Positions 50,236 to 63,308 of a DNA stretch of 64,000 nt are shown here, one piece after another. The stretch is from Tubiluchus corallicola. Lineage: Eukaryota; Animalia; Priapulida. Numbering within the stretch: position 1 is the stretch's first letter; every line of letters starts with the position of its first letter. The stretch is taken from contig JAQGDQ010000334.1 of the NCBI GenBank assembly GCA_030141605.1, positions 124,001 through 188,000 of the forward strand, given 5' to 3'. The notes beneath the pieces are model-generated. The model saw nothing but the letters and a program-made list of their open reading frames with translations. It was not told the DNA's origin and did no database searches. Made by a program: the position numbers and the translations under genes.

Positions 50236-53200
50236 CTGTGAAAAGATAAACAGTACATATTAGAGTTACAAAACAGTCGGTTTGGTAATCCTAGCCGTTC
50301 ATTTGAACATTATTGTCAGTGACATTTCCACGAGAAGCAAGTTTAACACAACGAATGCTCGGCGGAGATTAAAATGCAATATTCACTGTAATCTCACTTG
50401 TTATTAACGGATTACGAATTTTTACTTATCTAGAGTAGCTTATTTTCCTATTCAATAAAATGCCAGACAGCTCGGTATATAACCACCGAGAAATACATGA
50501 AACACATAAATGCATTAAAGCAGTACTAAATTAGAAAGCCTGAAATTTTCCGCTCTGCGGGGACTCGATCCCAAGACCTTCTGCTTTCTGGGAAGCTTAC
50601 TAATAATTTCACCAGAAATTTCCACCATGACTTCTAACCAACTCACACTAGTAACTAAGCTTCCAAAGATCTATCAGAGAGGACTCACAGTTTACACTAT
50701 ATTAAGGCATAGTACATGATCAATCATATAAAGGCATTAAAACAATACTGGATTAAAAAGTTCAAAAAAATATTGCACTGTCAATGGGACTAACCTAAGA
50801 ACAAAGCTTTAATTCTCAAAGGTTTTTCCAAACTTGTCACTTTCTTGGTTAACAGCTGTTACATACTTACAGTTTAGCAATGGGTCGAATCATCTCTTCT
50901 CTCTCTTCTATGGGTATAGAACAAGATATGGGATAATTTTCAATTTCTATCAGTCCATTTGGCTTCTGCACTTGAACGACAAGTGAATTCTCATATCTTG
51001 ACTCTTGTGACTGTAACAGAAAATAACATGAAAATGTATAAACTTTTGGACAAAAATGTGCTTTACTCAGTTTTCCGTGAATTCTTCAGTTTCTCGATAA
51101 TTATCAGTGAAAAATAGGAAATACCCAACAGCCGGGACTTTTCAGCCTGCATGAGACCCTGACCAAGGAGACTCATTTTGTTGCAGTACGGTAGGACTTA
51201 ATTTTAAGGCCCCGTACACGCGTGAGTGCTGCTGAAATTTCGCCAAGCAGCCACGAAAAAACACATTTTGCATTTTCTGGACTGCAAAATCCAACATTTT
51301 TTTTATATTTTTACACTTTCTTGGGAAACTTTGTAATAACTGAAACAGATGATTAGTGTGAAGCTGTGAGAAAAACAACAAGCACTTTTCATGCATTGGG
51401 CACCAGGGTAACAGAGTTCAGGCTAACTTGGTTTCCTATGCCACGAGCCAATGCACTGGTTGCATCTCTTTCGTACATAGGCTCTAGGCAGGGCTGTAGT
51501 CATAGGCGTACGAGGCAGGGGCGCTGGGGCGGGGGGGGGCTGCAGCCTGCAAGATTAGAGCAAATATTTTTTCGGACAATTACCAAATTTTTCGGGGCAG
51601 ACCAAATGATGAAAAAAAATTCATAAAAGGAAATCTCGAAATTTCTCCTTGTAGCCAAACGAAGTGCCCGAAATCCGGGCATTTTTATAATCGGGTGGGG
51701 TAAGGCAATTTTCGACTAGAAGATTACCTTGAATTTTTCGGACAAAAAGTGGCTCAGCCGTCCTAGGAAAAATCGGCCCGTACGACTATGTATAGTGATA
51801 AACATATAATTGTGGCAACTGTGACGCAGAAAAAGCCTCTTAATACATGTACCAGCGTTCTACAACAAAGAGGTGGTACAAATGCGTAACGAGGTGGGGT
51901 AACTAAAATAAAATAAATAATAAGTTTTATTAAAAAGTCACACCATAGCAGCAAAACTGAACACAAGGTGTGAATACAACAAAAAAAGAAAAAGAGTCAA
52001 AAGACTCATAAGAGACATCAGTACAAGATAAAAATGGGAAGAAATGACAGCGTAAAGTCAGTAAAACAGTTAAAACCAATTGTGGCAGTAAATCTTTTAC
52101 TATAAATTAGAAAGAAGTAAGAAGTTCCTAATTACTATTTATGGTTCTCATTACAACAGGCATTGCTGAACGTTTTAAACGTTCTGTTCGAATTTTAAAC
52201 ATGACTAATTCATTAGAATTTGAGTAGTACGATTGCTTACACTAAGATGTGAAACGGAAAGCAAGTGCCTGTGATACTGTATAATGTTGAAAGCAAAATT
52301 ACAAGTTAATTTTTGTCTACGATTTTCCAGATTAATCAGGTTAAACTTATGTAAAGCATCATCATGTTATCCATCATCGAGTAACTCTGTTACCATGGGG
52401 TTACTCCTCAAATACTACACTGAGCCACTAGGGACATGTTTTCAGTAGGGCCTATTTTGATGATAAAATGCAAAATAAGCAAAATTATCCACACCGCCAG
52501 TTCTGTAATGCCATTCAGCAAATTCAAAATTGTTTTGACTTTCCTTCATTATTATCAATGTTATTTCGACAAATTCAAAATAAAAATTATTTTAAAACTG
52601 TATCACAATCTGTATTAACGCGCTTTTTCAGCCTTTTCAGTTTTGCATTTGGCAGACAAACTGTTACTTTAATTGTATTTAAAATGACCGTTGTCTACAG
52701 GTTTTGTCGATGATTGTATCAAAATTCAAGACAAATTCAGAATTTATGAAAGAACATTCCGCTGGGCATTCACTTCAAATCAGAATCCTACGTTTACAGG
52801 ATATTACATTCTGCGTGGTAACAGTTTCATTTATTTTACATTAATAACGTAAGCCTTTGGCTGCTTTTTATTTTAGAGGACGCTAAATTACACAATTAAT
52901 CACAAATGGCATTTTATAACATTGAACAATGAATATAGACGGATGACTTACACTGACTAGTTCTTTAGTGTTGCAGCCATACATTGCGATGGAGAAAAAT
53001 CCTCTGTCCAAGTTACGACCCTCAAAGAAGCAGTTGTCGTTCTGATTTTGAGGGCCAACAGTTGTAATCTTAACTCTTGTTTTGTATTGATAAGTAAACA
53101 CCATCTTTACTTCCATTGATCGGCACATTGTATTGCAAGTTACTTCTAGTTCTGTAACAGTTGAAATAAAGATAAACCAAAGCCACTTCTGTACTCAAGG

Positions 53201-55833
53201 CTGGATTATGACCTTTCGGGGCCCCTAGGCAAACAAAATTATGGGCCCCTCAGACGAAGGCACCCTCTAGTTTGCTCGCATTCGTCTCGAATATTTTTTA
53301 CTTGTGGTATATTTTAGCAACATTTGCATAGCTGGGGCCGCATATCTCAAATAAAGGGGCTCAAACCGGGGCTCAAAAGTGGATTTTCAGACTTCCCGGC
53401 CTCCAGCAAAGCAAAGTATGGGCTCTCCAAGCTTGAGGAGCCCGAGGCATCAGCCTATACTAGTCTATAAAGTAATCCAGCCCTGTGTGTACTGTATGCG
53501 ATGTTATCACTTTAAAATACACTACGTAACAATTTGTCAAGCAGAAAATTATTCTTGAAATATAGTGTTATATTAGCCATTCACACTCTTTTTTCTTCTT
53601 AAACTGCTTTTGTAGAATCAAAAATGGCCCGGGTGGATCGATATTACTTCGCGTAATCTTTGACATTTCCTTTTTACTTCGAGCATTTCCACTACAACTT
53701 CTCTGATAACGGATTTTATTGTTTAACGTTAAATGGCTTAGTCACTGGAGTTCCTCTGAAGTGTAATGTTTGTTCATCACGGTCTTTTAATGTACAAATT
53801 TCATGCTAGAGTGCTTAAAGACGTTTCCATGTTGATGTAACCTAAGTTAATAACTTAGAATGAAACTCTTATGTCAAACTTTTTTGATTTTGTTTGTTTG
53901 TTTCAAGAAAGGAACCCTATGGTTAAAGAACATACAAGTCGTTTAAAAACTAACATCTAGTTCAAAGCCTGTAGCATTTTTTGCTTTCTGATTGTATACA
54001 GATTTTGCAAAGCCATCTATAGAAATAAAATAATTAGTTAACTAGTAGCAGCTCTTCCAGCTGTAACAGACACTTACTCTGCACAAGAGCATCCAACAAT
54101 CCCCAAGCAGTTAAATGGTTGATCTCTGGTTCACTAAGAGGTGTCTCTGGAGGCGTGAGTACTGGTTCTCCTACTGTGTCTGCGGGTACTGTCAACTCCC
54201 GAGGGACACCAGGTGCTCCCGGAACTTTGGGTATGGAACTAGGTGAACTACTACCTGCGTTTTGCGCTGTGGGAAGATAAAAACCATGGCTGTCTAAACT
54301 TGCTTGCAATGGAATTTTATAACCATTATTGTGCCTAAAAGCGTCTCCTAACTGGAGAATGTTTGCTTTGGGTGTTTCTTGTTGAACGTTTTTCAGGGTT
54401 GATAGATAACCCTCAGCAGTAGAAGATAGTGGGCGTGAATCGCTGCTGGCTTTGTGAGTTGCTGTGACAGAGGAACTAACTTGACGCGGTTGATAACTAT
54501 TAGAAGTTGACTGATGAGGCGGCTGAATGAAACTAGATGGTTGAAGTTGTTGAGGTACAATACCTTGATCAGACAGAGATTGCTGAGGAATGTTTCCTGG
54601 TGACTGTCTGATTGGAGAATTAGCGGGAGGGTAGATGTATGGAGCAGGTTTTACACGTGCGTACTGTGTCCCGTAAGCAAGATTATGGTTAGGTGCTGCG
54701 TTTGATTGAGGCACCAACTGCACATATTGTACTGGACGTGCTCTTGCTCGTGCCCTGGAGGGTATATACTGTGAACGTCCTCCATATGTAGTGACTTGTG
54801 GAGTAAACTGTGCTCCATTGTTACCCTGTACGAGAACTTGCGGTGCACCCGATGTCAGAATTCGTTGTTGGTATTGTCTACCTTCATTTTGAAGCTTTTC
54901 ATATCGATTAAGACTGGGATCTGGAATCTTGCTCTGAAGATCGTTGATAGTCAAGTTTGCACCTCTTGTCATAGTCTGAAAATCGGAGAGTGTTGGATGA
55001 GTAGCTTGCAGGAGCTGAGCAGGAGAAAGTTGATATTTAGAAGCGGTTTCTTCGCTCAGTAATGGACTTGGATTTCTGACGAAGTTTACATTGTACGGAA
55101 TTCGATTTGTACCGCTGAATAATCCTTGATTTGTGTGACCAGGAAGCTGGGGGAACCCACTATAGCCGGTATTTTGTTGATAAGCATTTGATCTATAGCT
55201 TCCCTCGTTGAAAGCCCCTAAACCTGGCTGATTTTGAGCGTATGCATTACCTGTGTACGTGAAGGGTTGACCGCTTTGTATTGCATATTGCCCATTCTGA
55301 AAAACATAACTAAAGTAAAGCCACAAGATATGCATCATACAGTTTTTGGCACAGGTACAGGATTAATGTATGCTAAATTTCCTCACACTGAAAGAATAGA
55401 TAGTCGCTTTTTAATGTGCCCCAAGTATTTTAAAATTAATATCATAGAAAATGGTTATACGACTTTTAATGAGTCGTCAAAGTATAAAGAATCTTCTCAA
55501 ATAATCTACAAGACAGTTCTGGGTAAAATAAGAAAAACTGCAGTTGGAATTGTTGTACTGTTTTAGTTTATACCGAACAGCTATCAGGAAAAATGTTTCA
55601 TCTCGGCAAATTACTATAATACCGGCGCAATAATTTTTTAATATACCAGTAGGTAAATATTACGAAAAATCGTCTTGTATTTTGCCGACCTAGCGCAAAT
55701 AAAATAGTAGCCTATATTTTTATTCATTTTATTTACGCGATTGAACTTATAGTTTATCATAAAAATAGATAAAATATTTACTTACCGCAAATGTAAGCAG
55801 AAACATTAAGGTTAAAAACCATAATATCAACAT
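50130..55833 (-). CDS. Secreted protein with long Q/P/S/G-rich region and a C-terminal ZP-N (cuticlin-like) domain, ~570 aa, 5 exons
   Basis: Exons 55833-55786 (signal peptide), 55296-54078, 53151-52952, 51010-50871 and 50235-50130; GT-AG and phase-compatible. ZP-N pattern LEVTC...MEVKMVF...C...FSIAMYGCNT...YENSLVVQ...YPISC. The last exon could instead splice at G|GTGAGA near 50146. Confidence 0.82.
50440..50600 (-). mobile_element. tRNA-derived SINE fragment
   Basis: Minus-strand gcagaaggtcttgggatcgagtccccgcagagc has a B-box/T-arm pattern. Confidence 0.45.
50871..51010 (-). CDS. ZP-N protein exon 4
   Basis: ctgttacag acceptor; SQESRYENSLVVQ...YPISCSIP...|GTAAGT. Confidence 0.87.
51501..51790. 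mobile_element. hAT-like MITE
   Basis: CATAGGCGTACG...CGTACGACTATG inverted termini. Confidence 0.7.
52952..53151 (-). CDS. ZP-N protein exon 3
   Basis: ctgttacag acceptor; LEVTCNTMC...YGCNTKELVS|GTAAGT. Confidence 0.87.
53196..53485. mobile_element. hAT MITE in ZP-N gene intron 2
   Basis: CAAGGCTGGATTA...TAATCCAGCCCTG with 8-bp TSD tctgtact/tgtgtact (7 of 8 match). Confidence 0.85.
54078..55296 (-). CDS. ZP-N protein exon 2 (low-complexity region, 406 codons)
   Basis: Long open frame; tttttcag acceptor; GTAAGT donor. Confidence 0.9.
55786..55833 (-). CDS. ZP-N protein exon 1 (signal peptide)
   Basis: MLILWFLTLMFLLTFA|GTAAGT. Confidence 0.8.
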
Positions 55834-58671
55834 CGTGTCACTTCCGGCTACCAATGATAACTTCTTGAAGAACTCTCACTGTGTGAATAGAATGTTTTGT
55901 TAACTATGGATCACGCAACCTCAGGCGTTCGCGTTACAAAGTTAATGTCAGCGTTACCCGTTAGTGTGGTCATGTCGGATTGCCGAAGCATGAAGTTTGT
56001 TCACTAACTGCTCATGAATTGTGTATCGAAAAGAATAATGAATCTACTGCAGTTAGTTCTAAAATTTATTGATCACGTGATTCTGTTTCCACTGACCATG
56101 TAGTAATCATCGAAGATGGCCTAATTGTATAGACGTGTTTATTGTGAAAAAGTTCAATAAGAAAATGCGTTACAACGAAGCAACACAAACGCTGTTTTAT
56201 AACGCACAAAACTTTGACTTAACAAAATCTCTTCACTCAAAGGTTGTTTATCAGGCATTATTATCTGCTGTTGTTTCTGTCTCATCTAAAGCTAAATTAG
56301 ATACTATAGTGACAAACAAATACATATATCGTGAAACTGTCATACTTTTTGCAAAAAAGCTCGGCGTTATTTTTGCTTGTGATAAAGTTTTTTTTATTTT
56401 TAAGTAATGAAAAGTGATTAGGGAACTGATTATGCGATAAGGGAAGAAGTTATTGGAGGAGCAAAGTTTTCAGTTAACTGAAAATACATACGGAATTTTG
56501 CGATAACTAAACATATACTTTGTTGGTGGCTAAATGGCAAGAGAAATTAAGACAATTTATATATCTGTATATATAAGTTGATTTAAATTAAGACACGATT
56601 AAAATGAGTGCACAATTTCTTTTACTGCCTCATATAACGTTATCCAATTATTTTAAGTCATAGTACTCACGCTAGTCTACATTATGCTGTGCAATAATCC
56701 ACATTCGCCGCGGATAATGGGAAATTAGACTGATGTTACTGAGGCCCTGTTTTGCTTCTTTGTATTTTGCTTTTTGCGCAGTTTTTGCACCTAGATTGTG
56801 TTACATTAAAACAGCTAATAATTAGTTTCATTTTATTAGATATAATCGCCCTTTGGTAAAAATTGGTAGAAATTATTGTCTGTACAATTTTCAAGATGTC
56901 GCGCTGCTTACTAAGCTTTTCTACCCTTGTTTAAGGCGATCTGTACCTAGAAAAGTACTGAGAATGCAAACTTTGTTAAACCATTTATAGTACAAAAAAG
57001 GTTGTTCTCAATGTAGTTTATGTTTTCAGCCACTATTTTTCTGTTTATATGTGAATTTGAATTGCTCTGTTCATGTATAATTGCTTCCGCAAAGGTCTGC
57101 ATTTAGTTTGTTAAATGAGAAACTTTTGCTCACTTGAACTAGCAAGAATATCCTGAACCACAACACCATACTGATAATTTGTTACAATTCAACGACCTTT
57201 CGTTTATGTATACCGTGTTTTCCTCTCCTCCATATTTCCATATTTGCTGATTACATCCTGGAAAACACCCACTTGGGAAGGCCCAGGAATAATACCTATA
57301 CCTACTACTAAGCAAGATTTATCTATGGCACGCCGATCAAATCCCGTTGGGCTCATTTATAACAGTATACGTAACATGAATGGGAAGCCGTGTAATTTTA
57401 CTACATTTGTTTCATCACTAGCAGAAGTCTCAGATGATTTACGAGCTGGCTGTGACCTGATATGAATGCGTTTAAAATTCAGACAACGACCTACCGATAG
57501 GATCAGCAGTCTTCAGTACTGTGAATTAAACTTTGCTCGTTATATGATACACTTTAAGTTATTAGACCTAGTTCGAGCGAGAGTATGATGCTAGTAATGG
57601 TTGTGCCTGTGGTGATATTCATAGTGACAGGGGTGACAGTGGTGATAGTGATGATAAGGATGATGTTGACGACGATGGTGGCGACGGTGGATGCAGAAGT
57701 CAGCAGTTGCTGAAGTCGATTATGCTGCACTATCAATAACCACAAAAAGCTAAGCACGTTAAATCATAGTTGTGATGCAGTGAGATTATTATTTTTTATG
57801 TAGATTTGGGCACAGGCCAAGATGGAATCCAGCACTCAACGGCAAACTTTACGCAATGAGGATATTATGGCAAGACTACAGGCTGGTTCATCATCGAAGA
57901 TGCCCTTCTAAAATGAGTCACTGAACTGGCGGGTGTCTAAGCCATGTTCGGATGTGTATGCACAGTTATTATGGTTATATAGTTTCATAGTTATATAGTT
58001 ATTCATAGTTATTATGTCAATACTATCTCCCTTTAGTATAAAGGTTTTTTTCGAAATAAAATCCATGTCATTTGTTCATTGCTCAACAGTTCAGAAGTTA
58101 TTCTTGAATCTGTGGAATCGTTTCCTTCATTTGCAAATACGTTTATCGTCTGTATTTCAGCGAACCTTCTTGTAGTTTTTAATGTTCGCACCTATTTTTT
58201 GCATATAGAGGCACCTAATGGTTGCTATCGGTTCTGCAAACGATATTCCCAGGCTGACAGACTTTGGCCTCTAAGCAATGTGTTAAAGGTATTTAATAGT
58301 AGACGTCGAATATGGATAAGCTGTCAGAAAGTGGAGATCTCTAGTAAACCTTTAATAAGCGTCAGATATTGCAGAAATTTTAAGGTCAAACTTTCAGCCT
58401 ACTAACTATTCTCACACATGACATTGAATTTCCTTTAAAAGTGTCACTTGGGAGGTATGTTTAATTTTGCTTTTCAAAAATGCAAATTTAATGAGATGTG
58501 ACGTGTAACATGACAACCATCAACTGTATCAACAAAGCAGTCGCGTAATAAGTGGAAAATTGTTGTTAAAAATCGATAGCAATGTTTTTTAACCATTTTT
58601 AATTCTCAACATACAGTTATTTCTCGAGTGCCAGACGTGGAGCAACAATATAGCGTTTCATTCAGCTTAAA

Positions 58672-58696
58672 CTAATAATAATAATAATGATGATGT

Positions 58697-58739
<43 letters not shown>

Positions 58740-59029
58740 AATAATAATAATAATAATAATAAAAATAATAATCTCTATATAAAGTCGGCTTTAAATGCAA
58801 CAGACAATACAAGCCTGGCACGACGTTTTTATCATCGACCGTAAATAACAAACTACACCAACATAAAAGAGATTATTATTACCGCACTTCTATCCTAAAT
58901 ACAACGCGCAAGGCAGGGCAGCAGCAGGTACCATTTTTAAAGTCTTTGTTATCACCCGGCCGCAGTATCGAACTCATGAACTCTCAGAGAGAAAGCAGAT
59001 GCGTTTTTACTTTGATTACACTATCTGGT
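58672..59029 (-). mobile_element. tRNA-derived SINE (Meta/MESC-like core), copy 2, with (TTA)n/(TCA)n tail
   Basis: Minus-strand gagttcgatac B-box and ggccgggtgataacaaagactttaaaaatggtacctgctgctgccctg core; colinear with 24749-25005. Confidence 0.82.
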
Positions 59030-60716
59030 TGTCAAAGGGCACATACTAGTTGCTATCAGTTTTGCAAACGAGATTTCCAGGCTGACAGTAGACTTAATTC
59101 AATAGAACAGAACTGGTCCCTAAACTGCTCATCAAAATGTCCGTTTTGATGATAAGTTTAATGAGCTGACAAAGTGCCAGAATGAAACCCACTGCCTTTG
59201 TGAAGGCGCTCGTGTCAACAACTGATTTGATGACTCGCGCGGATCACAACAATGTAGCAGAGGCTTGTATAGCCGAATCGCAATGACAAGCCAAGGATAC
59301 ACAAGAATTTCGTCGGTCCGAACTGATTGTGGTCGTTAGTCGACAACTGAGCAAGTCAACAACAGTCATCAGCAAGAACACGTTTATAGAAAACAGTAAG
59401 AAAATATTGGCCATAATGTAGAGAAGAAAAATCAATAGATTCAGGATGGACCCTTGTGGTGCAGCCTCCTGCACCTAAGAAGGAATGGTCCTAGGGAGCA
59501 TTCGTGTGGTTACTCCACGATATATATGCAGCATTCCATTAAAACCGTTTCTGTGCTTTTTTCAAGTCGAAAGGAGCTTAGAAATTTTGCGCAAAAACCA
59601 AAACCAACGGACAGTCAGTACGTCGTTGCCGCCTAGCAACAGGCAAATTTTCAGAACATACAAAACTAAAAAATAAATTTGCCTTTGAAAACAAGTAAAT
59701 GCATTAATTGACACGTCACATACTGTACAAAGCGTGCACAGATAAATGAAGTTATTGACAAACTTTGCAGAATTTATTTTTTCCCATTCACAAAAAATTA
59801 TACAGAGTGAAATACTGAATTCTTTTTCTTTTATGGTCTACATATCGTATTAAAACTGCAAATTTACACGTCTAACAATGGGATCAATCCAAAACAAACA
59901 AACTTAGTTTATGAATCTCATTTCCACTTCTGAATTTTCACTTTATGCATGCAACAAAACACGGTCTGTGACCTTATTGTACTGTTTTAAGCAAACTGCC
60001 AAACGCGTTTGCTAAAGCGCAGTGCACTGACAATTTATCCAATGCGAATCCGTCAGTTGCTGGTAACGTTCATGCAAACAAAACAATCAAAAATAAAAAT
60101 TTGTTATACTTAATATTGTTTCTATTATATAAACTACTAGAAATATGTGCAATAAGTCTGAAGCGGTATAATAGCGTTTAAAAAATTAATAAAGTAGACA
60201 TTAATTTTCATAAGGTAAAAGTTCAGTTAAACCTTAAGCGTATTAGGACAGTCGCTAAAACTCTGAGTAATGCTGTACCGAATTTGTCAAACTATTGCAT
60301 TAAAATGATTTAAACATGCATCAGATTGCTCTTGAACAACGATTAAACTTAGCATAGATGAACGCCACGTTAACAAGATATCTTGAACCTCATACGAAAT
60401 GCTAAGAATTTTTCATCAGTGGTTTCATTCTTTGTTCTTTTTTGTATAGGTAAAGCCGTGTAATAACTAAAATTTAAAGGCATAAATTAATAGTTTTTTT
60501 GCTGTTAACTCAAAATAATCTTTATACGACGATACAAATTTAAAATTTAAGTACAATCAACAAAATGTGCTTCACATGTTCGACATAATACTCTAATATT
60601 AAATACTACGAGATCATTTATCATATACACATAAGTACCCATTATCACACCTGTTTATAGTTCGTAGTAATTTCTGTATAATGGTAACGGAAACGGCAAT
60701 ATTTCTACAGAGTAGT

Positions 60717-60926
60717 TTAGTTTCTGTACAAGAATCCAGTTTCTACGAGTTTATCTAAGAAAAACTTTACGTCTCCGATTGCTGATTCTTTGATTCCCAT
60801 GTCTCTTAACATCTCCAAGTTTCCCTCTTCAACAGCAGAAAGTACATTGCGCATGTGATCTACGTCTGACGTCAGCAAATGAAGCACTCGTCCAAAATCA
60901 TCAACCGTTTTACTCTCTGAAATCAT
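60717..60926 (-). CDS. Small helical protein (69 aa) or terminal exon of an unknown gene
   Basis: MISESKTVDDFGRVLHLLTSDVDHMRNVLSAVEEGNLEMLRDMGIKESAIGDVKFFLDKLVETGFLYRN; natural amphipathic pattern, followed by AT-rich UTR-like DNA. The ATG overlaps an acceptor-like tttttatgatttcag. Confidence 0.6.
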   Translation of the reverse strand: MISESKTVDDFGRVLHLLTSDVDHMRNVLSAVEEGNLEMLRDMGIKESAIGDVKFFLDKLVETGFLYRN

Positions 60927-62916
60927 AAAAAGTGCGAATTTTGTCGTAAACGTTAAACTGTTCTGCTTTTACAAACAGTTGAGTGTGTAATTATCTGATT
61001 ACAAGCCAGCCTACATGTCCAAAGAAAATCTTTGTTAAATCATTGTGGATTTTCTTAGAAACATTTTATCACATTTCAAACTGTTAAATTTAGTATTGTC
61101 TGGGCGGGGACTGGCATTGGTCCTGTGTAGATTTGAGTTCCTTTCTCAGGCGGGCCTGGTTGGATTTTGTGCAAAGTATTTTGTTTCCCTAAAGCTAATT
61201 TTCCAAAAGTTAGCAGTTTGTAATGCAACCACAAATCAGTGCATCTTGGTTATTTATTCAACATCTTTATCGCTCAACATTATCGCTCCTTCAGGACCGC
61301 ACCATTCAAAAGAGGCGTTATAAGACCCTATGATTTTCGGCTATTGTATGAGCACAGACATAACTAAATGATCACAAATTAGGTATCGTTCCATACGAGA
61401 GAATCTAGGCTATCCAATCATGTTATTTATTTAAATATTTATAAGTGATTTAATTGGATAAAATTAATAAAAACACGCCCTGTTCAGGCACTCCAACTTA
61501 GCCCATTGAGTAGTTTAGTCTGGTGTACACTTGCATGATCGTATACACTATTTTATTGATCGTCTGCGTGCTAGTTGCTACAGCCCTATGGAGATTGGAG
61601 AAACGTCTGCTGTACAGAATTCCAGGAAAAGCCAACCGATCAGCCAAGGAGATATTAAGGCCGTCTTATCTTAAAACAGGAATTTCTCCTTAAAGTAGAG
61701 TAGACTTGAGCCTAAAGTGTATCAAAGTGTTGTGCCTGGCTAGTTGAAATTTTCTACATTAGCTGATTTCACACAAGTGATACTATACTTTGGTACAGTG
61801 CAAGCACTGCAGTTACTGAAAACTTTTTTCAATTTTTTCGGCAAAAATCGACTTTTAATTTGCCTAAAGTAAGCAAATGTATTTCAATTATAATTTTGCA
61901 TGAAAATCCATTGTGTGAGGAGTAGAAGCCTGTAAAAATCGTCAAATGTTATACAGCGTAATTGCTGCTTAGTGAGAGCAGTTTTTAACGAACCCATGCA
62001 AAATGCAGCAAACGTTATAGTCCTAAAGGAGTTAAGGCTGCTACAAAGTAGTATCGTCAGGTGTGATTATATAGCCTTAATCATTCTAATCTGCTTACAG
62101 GCAAGAACAAGAGACGAACAAAACGTGTTAATATTGTTGGCACAACATGTGACATTTTCGAAAAGAATTGCCCAAGAGACTGTAAAGAAATCTCTCTTAA
62201 CTACATTTAGAACAACTTATTGATTAGCTTTGTTATTATGCATATTAAGCAAACTTTGTTAATTATGATCTTCTGTCCAACAGGTTTTTCCATATTAGTA
62301 ATTATACGCCAATGAAGAGAAATGTAATTAAATGGCAGCCTAGTTTCTAAAGCTCACCACAGTAAACAAAATTAGTTCGCAAATCATATGTTTTAATTAC
62401 ACAGTTACACTTGTACAAAGACTACTTGGAAAGCACTAGCTCATTCTTTCTGCTAACAGCCGTCGCGGTTTTTAATAAAGAAATTTTTTATTGTCGTTCA
62501 TGTAACTGGATTGCAATGCTGTATTCAGTTGTTGTGGTATAACTATTTTTTTAGTTTGATTTGCATATATTTGTTCTATATAAGATGTTTTTTTGGTCTG
62601 TTAATTTATCAAGCAGCAACAATATCTTTTCTTTACATCGATTATTTCTCGAGGAAGTGAAACGCATCTTGTCAAATCAATTGCACGAAATTCTATGCAG
62701 AAATATGAGAACTAAAATGTTATGACGAAATGCTATTACGCCGGTTTAAAATGACCAACAGAATTTTACTGTCTGTAGTGAGAGAAGACTATAGGAAAAA
62801 TATAGAGAAGACTATTTTATGTCACAATGAAACAACTTCTAGCAGACTTGGGACTTAAGAAATTCTGTGACGCCTTAAGCGGTTTGCTTTAAGTACGTAT
62901 ATAAATATATAATCAT

Positions 62917-63288
62917 TCAAAAAAGTTCCCCAAAATAAACTCGCTGCCTTTTTTTCTAGTAGAGACAGTTGTAAAGAAACCGTCATGTAGCCCTGTTCCT
63001 TCTCTTCCAAAGAGCTGTAAATTTCCATTCAAGACCTCACCAAGCGCCGCTAGGACGTTTTTCCTACACAGTTTTCCTCTAGGAATGGCGAGTAAAAAAT
63101 ATCCAAAATTAGCCACTTTTTGCACATTGCGTGAAGGCCATATAAAAAACGTCCTGACGGCGCTTGGTGGGGTCTTGAAAGGAAATTTATAGCTCTTTGG
63201 AAAGAGAAGAACCCTGACTGAGCCTCTCTTACACACTGCCAGGAATCCAGGATAGAGGTTTACGAGTTAATTTGAGGGAACATTTTTA
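62917..63288. mobile_element. Foldback/MITE with nested inverted repeats
   Basis: Outer aaaaagttccccaaaataaactcg / cgagttaatttgagggaacattttt; inner ~62-bp arms at 63001-63062 and 63145-63207. Confidence 0.75.
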
Positions 63289-63308
63289 CTGTTATAGTCT
63301 ATATATAG

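Noticed and set aside
54034-55338. 434-aa ORF as a single-exon gene
   Set aside because: Both ends are intronic; the true exon is 55296-54078 with a separate signal-peptide exon.
57554-57757. Thr/Ile-rich ORF
   Set aside because: Decayed trinucleotide (GAT/GGT) low-complexity tract.
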